Positions 50,392 to 60,609 of a stretch of DNA of 64,000 bases are shown piece after piece (position 1 is the stretch's first letter; each line of letters opens with the position of its first letter). The position numbers and the translations under genes were made by a program. Below the pieces are notes generated by a model. It ran no database searches. It saw nothing but the letters and a program-made list of their open reading frames with translations, and was not told the DNA's origin. The DNA is from a virus, in IMG/VR virus record IMGVR_UViG_3300023440_000002, positions 1 to 64,000 of that record; one strand, written 5' to 3'.

Positions 50392-52671
50392 GATCTCCCC
50401 TTATCAGGTTAGCTACTTGCCAGCTAACCTGCCAGTGAACCCGGTTGCTAGTCTGACGTTGAATATGCCAGTAAACCTGTCCGCTAACCTGCTCGTAAAC
50501 CTGCCGGTAAATCTGCTCGCGAATCTTATTAGCAATATCATTAGTTTTCATCGATATCATCCTTTATTTGGTTAGCTACTTGCCAGCTAATCTGCTCGAG
50601 AATCGGCCAGCGAACCTGCCTTCTAATCTTATTGCTAACCTGCCAGCGGACCTGCCAGTGAACCTGCCAGATAACCTGCCAGTAAATCTGCTCGCGAACC
50701 TGCTGGCGAATCTCTTTTGCAATATCATTAGTTTCCACTTAGGTCGCTCCATATTGGATCAGTTATTTGCAGGCGAACCTGCTCGCAAGCCTGCCGGTGA
50801 ACCTGCCATCCAACCTGCCAGCTAACCTGCTCGATAACCTGCTCGAGAATCTGCTCGTAAATCTGCTCGCGAATCTTACTTGTAATATCATTAGTTTCCA
50901 TTCAGATTATCCCTTATTGGGTTGGCTATTTGCTGGCCAACTTGGTCGATAATCCGGTCGCTAACCTGCCGGTAAACCTGCTCGATAACCTTCCAGTAAA
51001 CCTGGTCGTCAATCTGCTCGAGAATATGCCAGCAAACCTGATCGTAAACCTCCTGGCGAATCTCTTTTGCAATATCATTAGTTTCCACTTAGGTCGCTCC
51101 ATATTGGGTTGGCTATTTGCTCTTGAACCTGCCAGTAAACCTGGTCGTTAACCTTCCAGTAAACCTGTCCGCTAACCTGCTCGTAAACCTGTCGGTAAAT
51201 CTGCTCGCGAACCTGATCGATAACCTGCCCTCGAACCTGCTGGCGAATCTCTTTTGCAATATCTTCAGTCATATAGATCATCCTTGATTGGATTAGCTAC
51301 TTGCAGGCGAACCTGCTCGTAAACCCGCCAGTTAATCTGGTCGTCAATATGGCCGTAAATCTTCCAGCGAATTTCTTTTGTAATACCTTTAGCTTTCATT
51401 AAGGTTATCCTTTATTGGGTTAGCTATTTGATCGAAAACCTGGTCGATAACCTGCCCGCTAACCTGGTCGTCAATCTGCTCGAGAATATGCCAATAAGCC
51501 TGGTCGTTAACCTGCCCCAGAACCTGCTGGCGAACCTGCCAACGAACCTCATTAGTAATAACTTTAGCTTTCATCTAGGTCGCTCCATATTGGATCAGTT
51601 ATTTGCAGGCGAACCTGGTCTCGAATCTCCCAGTGAACCTGCTCGATAACCTGCAAGTTAATTTGCTTGACAATATGCAGGTAAGCCTTCCAGCTAATCT
51701 CTTTTGCAATATCTTCAGTCATTTAGGTTTTCCTTTATTGGGTTAGTTATTTGCCAGCTAACCTGCTCGAGAATCTGCCAATTAACCTGCTCGATAACCT
51801 GCCAGTAAACCTGTTCGATAACCTGCCGGCGGATCTGGTTGCGAACCTGCCCGCTAACCTGGTCGTCAATCTGACAGTAAACTTGCCAGCTAATATCTTC
51901 AGTCATTTAGGTTATCCTTTATTGGGTCAGATATTTGATCATGAACCTGCCATCCAATCTGCCATCCAATCTGCCGGAAAACCTGCCAGTAAACCTGTCG
52001 GCGAACCTTCCAGAGAGCTTGGTCGTTAACCTGATCATTAACCTGCCGGTGAACATCTTTTGCAATATCTTCAGTTTCCATTTAGGTTATCCTTTATTGG
52101 GTCAGATATTTGATCATGAACCTGCCATCCAATCTGCCATCCAATCTGCCGGAGAGCCTGGTCGTTAATCTGCCAGTAAATCTGTTGGTGAATCTGCTGG
52201 TGAATCTCATTAGTAATATCTTTAGCTTTCATCTAGGTCTTCCCATATTGGATTAGCTATTTGCTCGAAAACCTGCTCGTAAACCTGCCGGCGAACCTGG
52301 TCGTAAACCTGCCCGCGAATCTGCCAGTAAATCTCCCAGTAAACCTGCCAGTTAACCTCTTTTGTGATATCTTCAGATTCCATTTAGATCTACCTTTATT
52401 GGGGTGGCTATTTGATTGCGAACCTGCTCGTAAACCTGCCGGCGAACCTGGTCGCAAACCTGCCCGCGAATCTGCCAGTAAATCTCCCAGTAAACCTGAT
52501 CATTAATCTGCCAGTGAAGCTTCCAGTGAACCTGGCCGTTAATCTGCTCTCGAACCTGCTGGCGAATCTCATTAGTAATATCTTCAGCTTTCATCTAGGT
52601 CATCCATTATTGGGGTGGCTATTTGATTGCGAACCTGGTCGCTAACCTGCCGACCTTACTTTACATAAACC

Positions 52672-52698
52672 TTATCGGTTATGTCTGTAATAACTTTA
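52672..52698 (-). promoter_or_regulatory. sigma-28-type promoter inside an array stub unit
   Basis: TAAAGTTA-N11-ACCGATAA. Confidence 0.7.
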
Positions 52699-52958
52699 GC
52701 TTTCACTTAGGTCTCCACCTATTAGGTTACGAACCTGCCGGCGAACCTGCCAGTGAACCGGCAGGTTAATTTGCTCGACAATATGCAAGTAAGTCTTCCA
52801 GCTAGTCTGCTGGTTAACCTGCTGATGGATCTTCCAGTGAATCTGCCGGCGAATCTCTTTTGTAGTATCTTTAGTTTCCATTGAGATTTTCCTTTATTGG
52901 GTCAGTTATTTGATTGCGAGCTTGATCGTCAATTTGCCGACCTTACTTTACATAAACC

Positions 52959-52985
52959 TTATCGGCTATATCTGTAATAACTTTA
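52959..52985 (-). promoter_or_regulatory. sigma-28-type promoter inside an array stub unit
   Basis: TAAAGTTA-N11-GCCGATAA. Confidence 0.75.
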
Positions 52986-55525
52986 GTTTCCATGCAGATC
53001 TTCCCTTATTGGTTCAGTTATTTGCCCATGAACCTGGTCGTGAACTTGCCAGTTAATTTGATCGAGAATCTGGCCGTGAACCTGGTCGCCAATCTGCTGA
53101 TAAACACCCCGGCTAATCTGATCATTAATCTGCTGGTGAATCTTACCTATAATATCTTCAGTTTTCATTAAGATCTTCCCATATTGGGTCAGTTATTTGC
53201 AGGCGAACCTCCCAGTAAGTCTGGTCGCCAATCTGCCAGTAAACCTGCCGGCGAACCTGCTCGAGAACATGGCCGCGAATCTGATGGTAAATCTCCCAAT
53301 CAACCTGCCAGTGAATCTTACTTGTAATATCTTTAGTTTTCATTTAGGTCTACCTTTATTGGAGAGGTTGTTTGCCAGCGAACCTGCATATCAACCTGAT
53401 CTAGAATCTGCCGCTGAATCTGCCAGCGAACCTGATAGTGAACCTGATCTCGAATTTGCCAGTAAATCTGCCAGTTAACCTCTTTTGTAATATCTTTAGT
53501 TTTCATCGAGGTCATCCTTTATTGGGTCGGATATTTGATTGTAAACCTGATTGTGAACCTGATCTAGAATCTGCCAGTAAGCCTGCCAGTAAGTCTGCCC
53601 GCTAGCCTGGCCTTTAATACGCTCGAGAATCTGGCCGTGAACCTCCCAGTGAACCTGATCGTAAATATGCCCGCTAGCCTGCTGGCCAACCTGATTGGTA
53701 ATTTGATCGTCAACCTGCTCGTCAACCTGCCAGTAAATCTGTTGACTAATCTGATTATGTACCTTGTCGGCTATATCTTTAGTTTTCATTTAGGTCATCC
53801 TTTATTGGGTTAGCTACTTGCTGGTGAACCTGCTCGTGAACCCGCCAGTAAACCTCCTCGTAAGTCTCCTCGTAAACCTCCCAATAAACACAATCGTAAA
53901 GATGCTTGCTAACCTTATCGAGAATCTGATTGCGAACCTGCCAGTGAATCTCATCGTGAATCTTACCTGTAATACCATCAGCTTCCATCTAAGTCTTCCT
54001 TTATTGGGATGGTTATTTGCCAGCGAATCTGATCGCGAACATGCCAGTTAACCTTCCAGCGAACCTGCTCGAGAATCTCCCAGTCAACCTGCTCGCTAAC
54101 CTTCCAGCGAATCTGACTGTAAATCTTACTTGCTATATCTTCAATTTTCATTTAGGTCATCCTTTATTGGGTCGGATATTTGATTGTAAGCCTGCTCGTG
54201 AACATGCTGGCGAACCTGCCGGTTAACCTGCTCGTAAACCTCCCAGCTAACCTGGTCGCAAATCTGCTCGAAAACCTGGTCGCGAATCTCCCAGTGAATA
54301 CCCCAATGAACCTGGTCGTAAACCTGCGAGCGAACATCTTTTGTAATATCTTTAGTTTTCATCGAGGTCATCCTTTATTGGAGAGGTTGTTTGCCGGCGA
54401 ACCTTACCGTGAATCAGCCAATTAACCTGTTCGCGAATCTGACTGTAAACCTGCCAGTGAACCTGCTCGTAAATCTGCCAGTGAGCGTGACTGACAATTC
54501 GATTGTGAATTTTGTCGGCTATATCTTTAGTTTTCATCGAGGTCATCCTTTATTGGGTTAGCTACTTGCTCGTGAACCTGATTGTGAACCTGATCTAGAA
54601 TCTGCTCGCTAATCTGCTTGCGAACCTCCCAGTAAGCCTCCCAGCGAATACCCCAATGAACCTGGTCGTAAACCTGCTTATAAACCTTATTTGCGGCAAT
54701 TTTAGCTTCCATTTAGTTCATCCCTTATTGGGTTGGCTATTTGATTTCGAATTTGCCTATGAATCTGCTTGCGAACCTCCCAGTAAACCTCCCAGCGAAC
54801 CTGCAAGTTAATCTGCTTGACAATATGCAGGTAAACCTCCCAGCTAATCTCTTTTGTAATATCATTAGTTTCCATCTAGATCTTCCTTTATTGGGTTAAG
54901 TATTTGATCACGAATCTGCCAGTTAACCCTCGAGTAAGCCCTCCAATAAACCAAATAATCAACCTGCTCGCGAACTTGCCAGTAAATCTTCCGGTAAACC
55001 TGCTGGCGAATCTCATTAGTAATATCTTCAATTTCCATTTAGGTCTTCCCATATTGGATCAACTCCTTGCTCACGAACTTGAGCGTAAATCTGCCAGTAA
55101 ATCTGCCAGCGAACCTTCCGGTTAACTTTCTCGTGAATATGATTGATAGTCTGCCGGCGAATCTGCTGGCGAACCTGGTCGTGAATCTCTTTTGTAATAT
55201 CTTCAGTTTCCATTTAGGTCATTCCTTATTGGGTCGATTATCTGTACGTGAACCTGCCAGCGAACATGCAAGCGAACATGCTCGAGAATCTTCCAGTAGG
55301 GGTTCCGGCCAACCTGATCAACGACCTGCTCTCGAACCTGGTCGTAAACCTGCTTATAAACCTTATTTGCGGCAACTTTAGCTTTCATTTAGATCTTCCT
55401 TTATTGGGATAACTATTTGCCCGCGAATTTGATCGTTAATCTGCTCGTTAATCTGTTCGCGAACCTGCCCTCGAACCTGCCAATAAGTCTGCCAGTCAAC
55501 CTTCCAACTAATCTCGCTACACACC

Positions 55526-55552
55526 TTATCGGTTATACCTGTAATAACTTTA
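55526..55552 (-). promoter_or_regulatory. sigma-28-type promoter inside the first unit after the ClpP-like gene
   Basis: TAAAGTTA-N11-ACCGATAA. Confidence 0.7.
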
Positions 55553-55572
55553 GCTTTCATTTAGATCTTCCT

Positions 55573-56115
55573 TTATTCGCTCAAATACACAGCACCATCA
55601 ACAAAACCCGGAGCTATCTTGTCCAGGTACTCTCTATTCATATAGGTTTGGTTCTTGATTAGTTCTTTATAATTCGGAGGGTTAAATATCTTATTGATCT
55701 CTTTATGAATAAAAACATTATCTTTAATTGTCTTTTTAGAATCTTCCATTGTTACAATACATCGAGACGGACAATAATAATACAAGTTATGCATCATCAT
55801 TGTTGCTTTTGGCGTTAAGTGCCTGGTATCACACAAGGTTGAAATATAAAAGGCCATACTTAGGGCTTTCTTAATCAGGCAATGAACTTTAAACCCTCTC
55901 TTTTTAATGTCCTGAATTGAAGCCCCTAGCTGAAAAAAAGGCGTAACCGGCCCTCCAGGACTGTCAATTGTTAAATAAACATCCCGATGGGTCAACCTAA
56001 TATAAACTGCCAACGCAGATGCCGACATAGAATCGGTAAGCTTTAGTTTAGATACTTCACTAGCTGAAACCTGACTAGGCAACAGGATCATTAAAATTAA
56101 AAGTAAGTATTTCAT
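55573..56115 (-). CDS. ClpP-like serine peptidase with signal peptide
   Basis: VYLTIDSPGG, ALSMAF (Ser), MMMH (His); N-terminal MKYLLLILMILLPSQVSA. Confidence 0.8.
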   Translation of the reverse strand: MKYLLLILMILLPSQVSASEVSKLKLTDSMSASALAVYIRLTHRDVYLTIDSPGGPVTPFFQLGASIQDIKKRGFKVHCLIKKALSMAFYISTLCDTRHLTPKATMMMHNLYYYCPSRCIVTMEDSKKTIKDNVFIHKEINKIFNPPNYKELIKNQTYMNREYLDKIAPGFVDGAVYLSE

Positions 56116-56129
56116 ATTGTTCCTTTCTG

Positions 56130-58120
56130 TTAGGGTTTAATCTCTATTCCATTAACCTTATCGGCTATATCTGCAATATCTTTAGTTTCCATTTAGATCT
56201 ACCTTTATTGGTTCAGTTATTTGCTGGTCAACCTGGTCGCAAACCTGCCAGTGAATATGCCAGTCAACCTGCCAGCGAATCTCCCAGTGAGCCTGGTCAT
56301 TAATCTGACGGTCAACCTCCTGACGAATCTTTTTTGTAATATCTTTAGTTTCCATTTAGGTCTTCCTTTATTGGGAGGGTTATTCGGTCGTCAATCTTTA
56401 AGTGGATCTCCCAGAGAACCTCCCGGCGAATCTTCCGACTAATCTGCTCATCAACCTGCTCATCAACCTGCTTATAAGTTTGGTTGTCAATCTGCAAGCG
56501 AACCTGCTCGATAACCTCATTAGTGATATCTTTAGTTTTCATCTAGGTTTTCCTTTATTGGGTTAGCTACTTGCTCGTGAACCTGCTCGTCAACATTCCA
56601 GTAAATCTCCCGGCTCACCCCCCTGTCAACCTGCCGGTTAATCTGCCAATAAACCTGATCGCTAATCTCCCGACGAATTTTATTACCAGTATCTTCAGCT
56701 TTCATCTAGATCATCCTTTATTGGGTTAGCTACTTGCTCGTGAACCCGCCAGTAAACCTGCCTGTGAACCTTCCAGCGAACCTGCCCTCTAGCCTGCCAA
56801 TTAATCTGTTTGTGAACCTTCCAGCGAACCTGCTCGTCAAACTCTTTTGTAATATCTTTAGCTTCCATCTAGGTCTTCCTTTATTGGGAGGGTTATTTGC
56901 TCGTCAATCTTTAAGTGGATCTCCCAGAGAACCTCCCGGCGAATCTTCCGACTAACCTGCCAACAAACCTGCTCATCAACCTGCTTATAAGTTTGGTTGT
57001 CAATCTGCAAGCGAACTTTATTACCAATATCTTTAGCTTCCATCTAGGTCTTCCTTTATTGGGTCGAATACTTGATTGTAAACCTGGTCGTGAACCTGTC
57101 GGCGAACCTGTCGGTGAACCTGCCATCCAACCTGCCGGAGAACCTGACAGTTAGCCTGCCAGCTAACCTGCCAGCTAACCTGCCAGCTAACCTTTTTTAT
57201 AATACCTTTAGTTTCCATCTAGGTCTTCCTTTATTGGATTAGTTATTTGCTCGAAAACCTGGTCGCAAACCTGCCCGCGAATCTGCCAGTAAATCTCCCA
57301 GTAAAACTGATCATCAATCTGCCAGTGAACCTGGCCGCGAATCTGCCAGTAAACCTGGTCGTCAACCTCCCGACGAATCTTTTTTATAATACCTTTAGTT
57401 TCCATCTAGGTCTTCCCTTATTGGATTGGTTATTTGACCGAAAACCTGCAAGAGAGCATGCAAGCGAACATGCAAGCGAACCTTCCAATAAATCTGCCAG
57501 TCATCCTGCCAGTTAACCTGCTCGAGAATCTGGTCGCGAATCTCTTTTATAGTATCACTAGCTTCCATCTAGGTTTTCCTTTATTGGGTCGGTTATTTGC
57601 TCGAAAACCTGGTCGTAAACCTGTCGGCGAATATGCCGGCGAACCTGCCATTCAATCTGCCCTCGAACCTGCCATCCAACCTGCCGGAGAACCTGACAGT
57701 TAGCCTGCCAGCTAACCTGCCCGCGAACCTGTTCGATAACCTCTTTTGCAATATCTTTAGCTTCCATTTAGGTCTACCATTATTGGGTTAGTTATTTGTG
57801 TGCGGATTTTACTGTAAGTACTCCAGCTGACCTGCATGTTAACTTCTTTTCGAGCGTTCCAATCAAAAACACTGCAAGCGGGTAGATTAGACAGATTAGC
57901 AATCTCATCAGTAATACCCAACCGTAAATCAATTATGTCTGTCATCGAGATCTCCCTTTATTGAAGCCATCACCTGCAAGCGGACCTCCAAGTGAATTGC
58001 AAAAGTGGTTTGTTGGTAAATGTAACTCCGAACATTAAACCTAAAGAGATCTGGGGAGTTACGTGTGCATTGACTTAGAAGGTCGATGGCTATCTTATGT
58101 TGAATATCAAGGACTTTCAT
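56130..58120 (-). repeat. array B proximal part: 12 mini-gene units
   Basis: Starts at 58120 and 57945 (divergent), 57767, 57568, 57405, 57218, 57043, 56868, 56705, 56542, 56355, 56192 (stub). Confidence 0.88.
56158..56184 (-). promoter_or_regulatory. sigma-28-type promoter in the stub unit upstream of the ClpP-like gene
   Basis: TAAAGATA-N11-GCCGATAA. Confidence 0.7.
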
Positions 58121-58329
58121 TTCATACCCTCTAGAAACTCAACTATATCTTCAATATCCAAGTATGAGTTGTAATGGTTAAGCACTTCCACGTCATTATG
58201 GTCCTTATCTATCAACATAAATTTCGTTGATAGGCCGTGAGTGTCGCCTTCCAAATTAACCCCTAAGTACATGTCATATTTAGCATATAATGCCCTTAGT
58301 TCTTCGCAAAACCCTTTAACCTTATTCAC
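58117..58329 (-). CDS. hypothetical protein
   Basis: 70 aa; AAGGAG RBS; ATGA overlap into the array. Confidence 0.65.
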   Translation of the reverse strand: MNKVKGFCEELRALYAKYDMYLGVNLEGDTHGLSTKFMLIDKDHNDVEVLNHYNSYLDIEDIVEFLEGMK

Positions 58330-58606
58330 TACTAGCTCCTTTAACCATCTCTATGATTAAATCATATATTCCTTTACTTTTAAAGTATTTAATTTCGAAA
58401 GACATTAACCCGCCAATAGACCGTATTTGATGCACAGCTTCCGACACCTCACAGCAATCCTCATAAAGGGTTGATTCATCTTCTTCGTACATCTGCCTCT
58501 GCAAGAATTCTTTCGTTATGCAGCTGCTGGTGGACATATCAACGTCCATATGGGCGTAAGACTGGATAATGATATCCTTTATTAGTTCGTTTCGTTTTGC
58601 TGTCAA
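58322..58606 (-). CDS. hypothetical protein
   Basis: TTG start with AAGGAG RBS, after a sigma-28 site. Confidence 0.65.
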   Translation of the reverse strand: MTAKRNELIKDIIIQSYAHMDVDMSTSSCITKEFLQRQMYEEDESTLYEDCCEVSEAVHQIRSIGGLMSFEIKYFKSKGIYDLIIEMVKGASSE

Positions 58607-58657
58607 AACTGTGCTCCTTCATTGCGGGTGATTACGCGGGTTCGCCGCCTAAAGGGT

Positions 58658-58684
58658 TTATCGGTTGACTTGCGAAAAACTTTA
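58658..58684 (-). promoter_or_regulatory. sigma-28-type promoter heading the operon containing array B
   Basis: TAAAGTTT-N11-ACCGATAA. Confidence 0.85.
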
Positions 58685-58885
58685 GCCTAATATTAACATA
58701 GAAGAAAGTGAGTTGTTTTGCTAATTTAAAGGCCATATATATGTGTAAAGACGAAGAGTTAGAAGAACTCAAAAAAGATATAGCTGAAAACAGCCGCCAG
58801 TTAGACTCTGATGTCGAAAGAGTTATCTACGAAAACCTGTCAGAGGTTTTCGCCTAATCGATTCCCGCCGTAAGAGAGGTTAAAG

Positions 58886-60346
58886 TTGAAGAAAATACTA
58901 TCAAAATTGCAAATAAAACAAAAGCTTACCTCTTTAGCTGGCAAAGCCAAAGAAAAGATAGATCGCACCTCCCTCGGCAACCCTAGTGATAACTTATACA
59001 GTGAAATCAAGAGCTTACGTAATATGCAAAGAAAAGGTGCCCGTATGGGTAAGTCGGAAGCCGCTAAGCTACTTAAAGGTTCTTTGCAGCGACGTAACCC
59101 TTTCAATCCCGAAAACGTAGACCCGGACGAAAGGTACGACGTTAAAAGTTGGACTGACAGTTACGGCGACAGAGCTGACATTCCTCAAATGCAACCGGAA
59201 GCGAAACAGCGCGGCATGCATAAACTACACGGACTCACCCAGTCAAGGCAAAACGAATCAGGTGAAATGGAGTTCTTACTCCACAGGGGTATGAACCATG
59301 ATGAGCACGAAGCTATACAAACTTACGGCACCGGGGATAGTACCAGCTCTTGGACTCCTCATGTCGGAATAGCCCAAGACTTCGCCTCGCATTATCAAGA
59401 TCAATTCGACCCCCCATCTAAGGTTGTATCGGCCTGGATACCTGAATCTCAAATCCATCATATCCCAAACACCATCGGAGGAAAGAGGTACCCTGAAGGT
59501 AATATTTCTAACTCTAACCATAGCCACGAACAAGAAGTTATAGTTAAACCTCACAGATTCAATACGGTAGATTACCAGCAACCCGACAGCGACGACACGA
59601 TAAACTCAAGAATAAGTGCGAGAGGTAAAAATCTCACGAACTTTAGGTCTTACGCTAAACGCCGACTGGGAAAGAAGGAGGAACTAGAAAAGGGATCTTT
59701 GCAGCGCCGCAACCCTTTCAACCCAATAAAAGATGTTTCACCTAAAGACCGGCGAGACGTAGAAAAATGGCATAGAGGTGTAGGGGAGAGGTCGGACAGG
59801 GATTCTGCTCCAAGTAAAATTCCGGAAAACGCCACAAAGCGCGGCATGCATAAACTACATGGACTTACCCAGTCAAGGCAAAACGAATCGGGCGAACGAG
59901 AGTTCCTGCTCCATAGAGGTGCTGGCGCTCAAGAATCCGGATGGCTAAACAGCTCTAAGGTTCTTAGCGGACATTCGAGCTGGACTCCTAAGTATAAAGT
60001 GGCAGAACGATTTGCTAGTATGAACCCCCACGCAAAGGGCAATGTTTTTAGTGCGTGGATTCCTGAATCTCAAATAGCTGGAACACCTAATGCGATTGGG
60101 GAAGCTGGGTATTCTATAAAGCAAGATCACCACCTCCCCAAAGAAACCCCAGCCAAAATGATGAGGCCTGCATATTTTAGCAGCGAACAAGAAGTCATAG
60201 TTAAACCCCACAAGTTCAATATAGTAGACCATCAACACCCCGACGACCAAGAAACCTCCCTTAACTCCAGAGTAAACCTAAGAGGGTCAGGTTCGGACAG
60301 CTTCAAGGATTATGCCGAAAGGATCATCAGGAGGAGACAAAAATGA
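58886..60346 (+). CDS. protein with two tandem ADP-ribosyltransferase-like (R-S-E) domains
   Basis: Twice: L[LE]KGSLQRRNPFNP..FLLHRG..SSWTP..SAWIPES..EQEVIVKPH. Confidence 0.7.
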   Translation: MKKILSKLQIKQKLTSLAGKAKEKIDRTSLGNPSDNLYSEIKSLRNMQRKGARMGKSEAAKLLKGSLQRRNPFNPENVDPDERYDVKSWTDSYGDRADIPQMQPEAKQRGMHKLHGLTQSRQNESGEMEFLLHRGMNHDEHEAIQTYGTGDSTSSWTPHVGIAQDFASHYQDQFDPPSKVVSAWIPESQIHHIPNTIGGKRYPEGNISNSNHSHEQEVIVKPHRFNTVDYQQPDSDDTINSRISARGKNLTNFRSYAKRRLGKKEELEKGSLQRRNPFNPIKDVSPKDRRDVEKWHRGVGERSDRDSAPSKIPENATKRGMHKLHGLTQSRQNESGEREFLLHRGAGAQESGWLNSSKVLSGHSSWTPKYKVAERFASMNPHAKGNVFSAWIPESQIAGTPNAIGEAGYSIKQDHHLPKETPAKMMRPAYFSSEQEVIVKPHKFNIVDHQHPDDQETSLNSRVNLRGSGSDSFKDYAERIIRRRQK

Positions 60347-60609
60347 CAAACAAAGATTACTCCCTTTATGGGTTGCTAGATAAGTACTATGAAGCTAAGC
60401 GCACTTATTACCGTACCGGCAAATGCAGCATAACCGACCAGGAATACGACGCGCTAGAGGCATCTATCAAAACAATCCACGGCGAAAACACAACTATAGA
60501 GTTCGGCACCGTCGGTTATGACTCAGAAAAACACGACAAGATAAAACAGCTATTCAAACAACAAAAAGAACTATTCCGTTCTACATTTAATGGTAACAAT
60601 AATGATTAA
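60343..60609 (+). CDS. stand-alone protein resembling the N-terminal (Ia) domain of NAD-dependent DNA ligase
   Basis: YYRTGKCSITDQEYDALE..VG matches YY..G...I[ST]D.EYD.L. Confidence 0.65.
   Translation: MTNKDYSLYGLLDKYYEAKRTYYRTGKCSITDQEYDALEASIKTIHGENTTIEFGTVGYDSEKHDKIKQLFKQQKELFRSTFNGNNND

Larger units (their letters stand above)
50372..55560 (-). repeat. array B distal part: 30 overlapping mini-gene units
   Basis: Starts at 55560, 55388, 55213, 55038, 54875, 54712, 54537, 54362, 54151, 53988, 53789, 53506, 53343, 53168, 52993 (stub), 52881, 52706 (stub), 52594, 52383, 52232, 52081, 51906, 51722, 51574, 51399, 51272, 51088, 50901, 50738, 50551. Confidence 0.9.

Noticed and set aside
53760-53781. 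TAAAGATA..GCCGACAA as a sigma-28 promoter (also near 54512)
   Set aside because: Spacer is only 2 nt
45387-57791. Antisense ORFs of the NLPANLLVNL type in the ORF track
   Set aside because: They are reverse-strand shadows of the 12-bp repeat, with no RBS or consistent ends
45260-58120. CRISPR array interpretation of the repeats
   Set aside because: Junctions are degenerate, intervening sequences are 100-280 bp, similar to each other and in-frame coding, and no cas genes are present
45260-58120. Diversity-generating retroelement
   Set aside because: No reverse transcriptase in the window, and variation is not adenine-restricted but includes tetrad gain and loss; an RT elsewhere cannot be excluded
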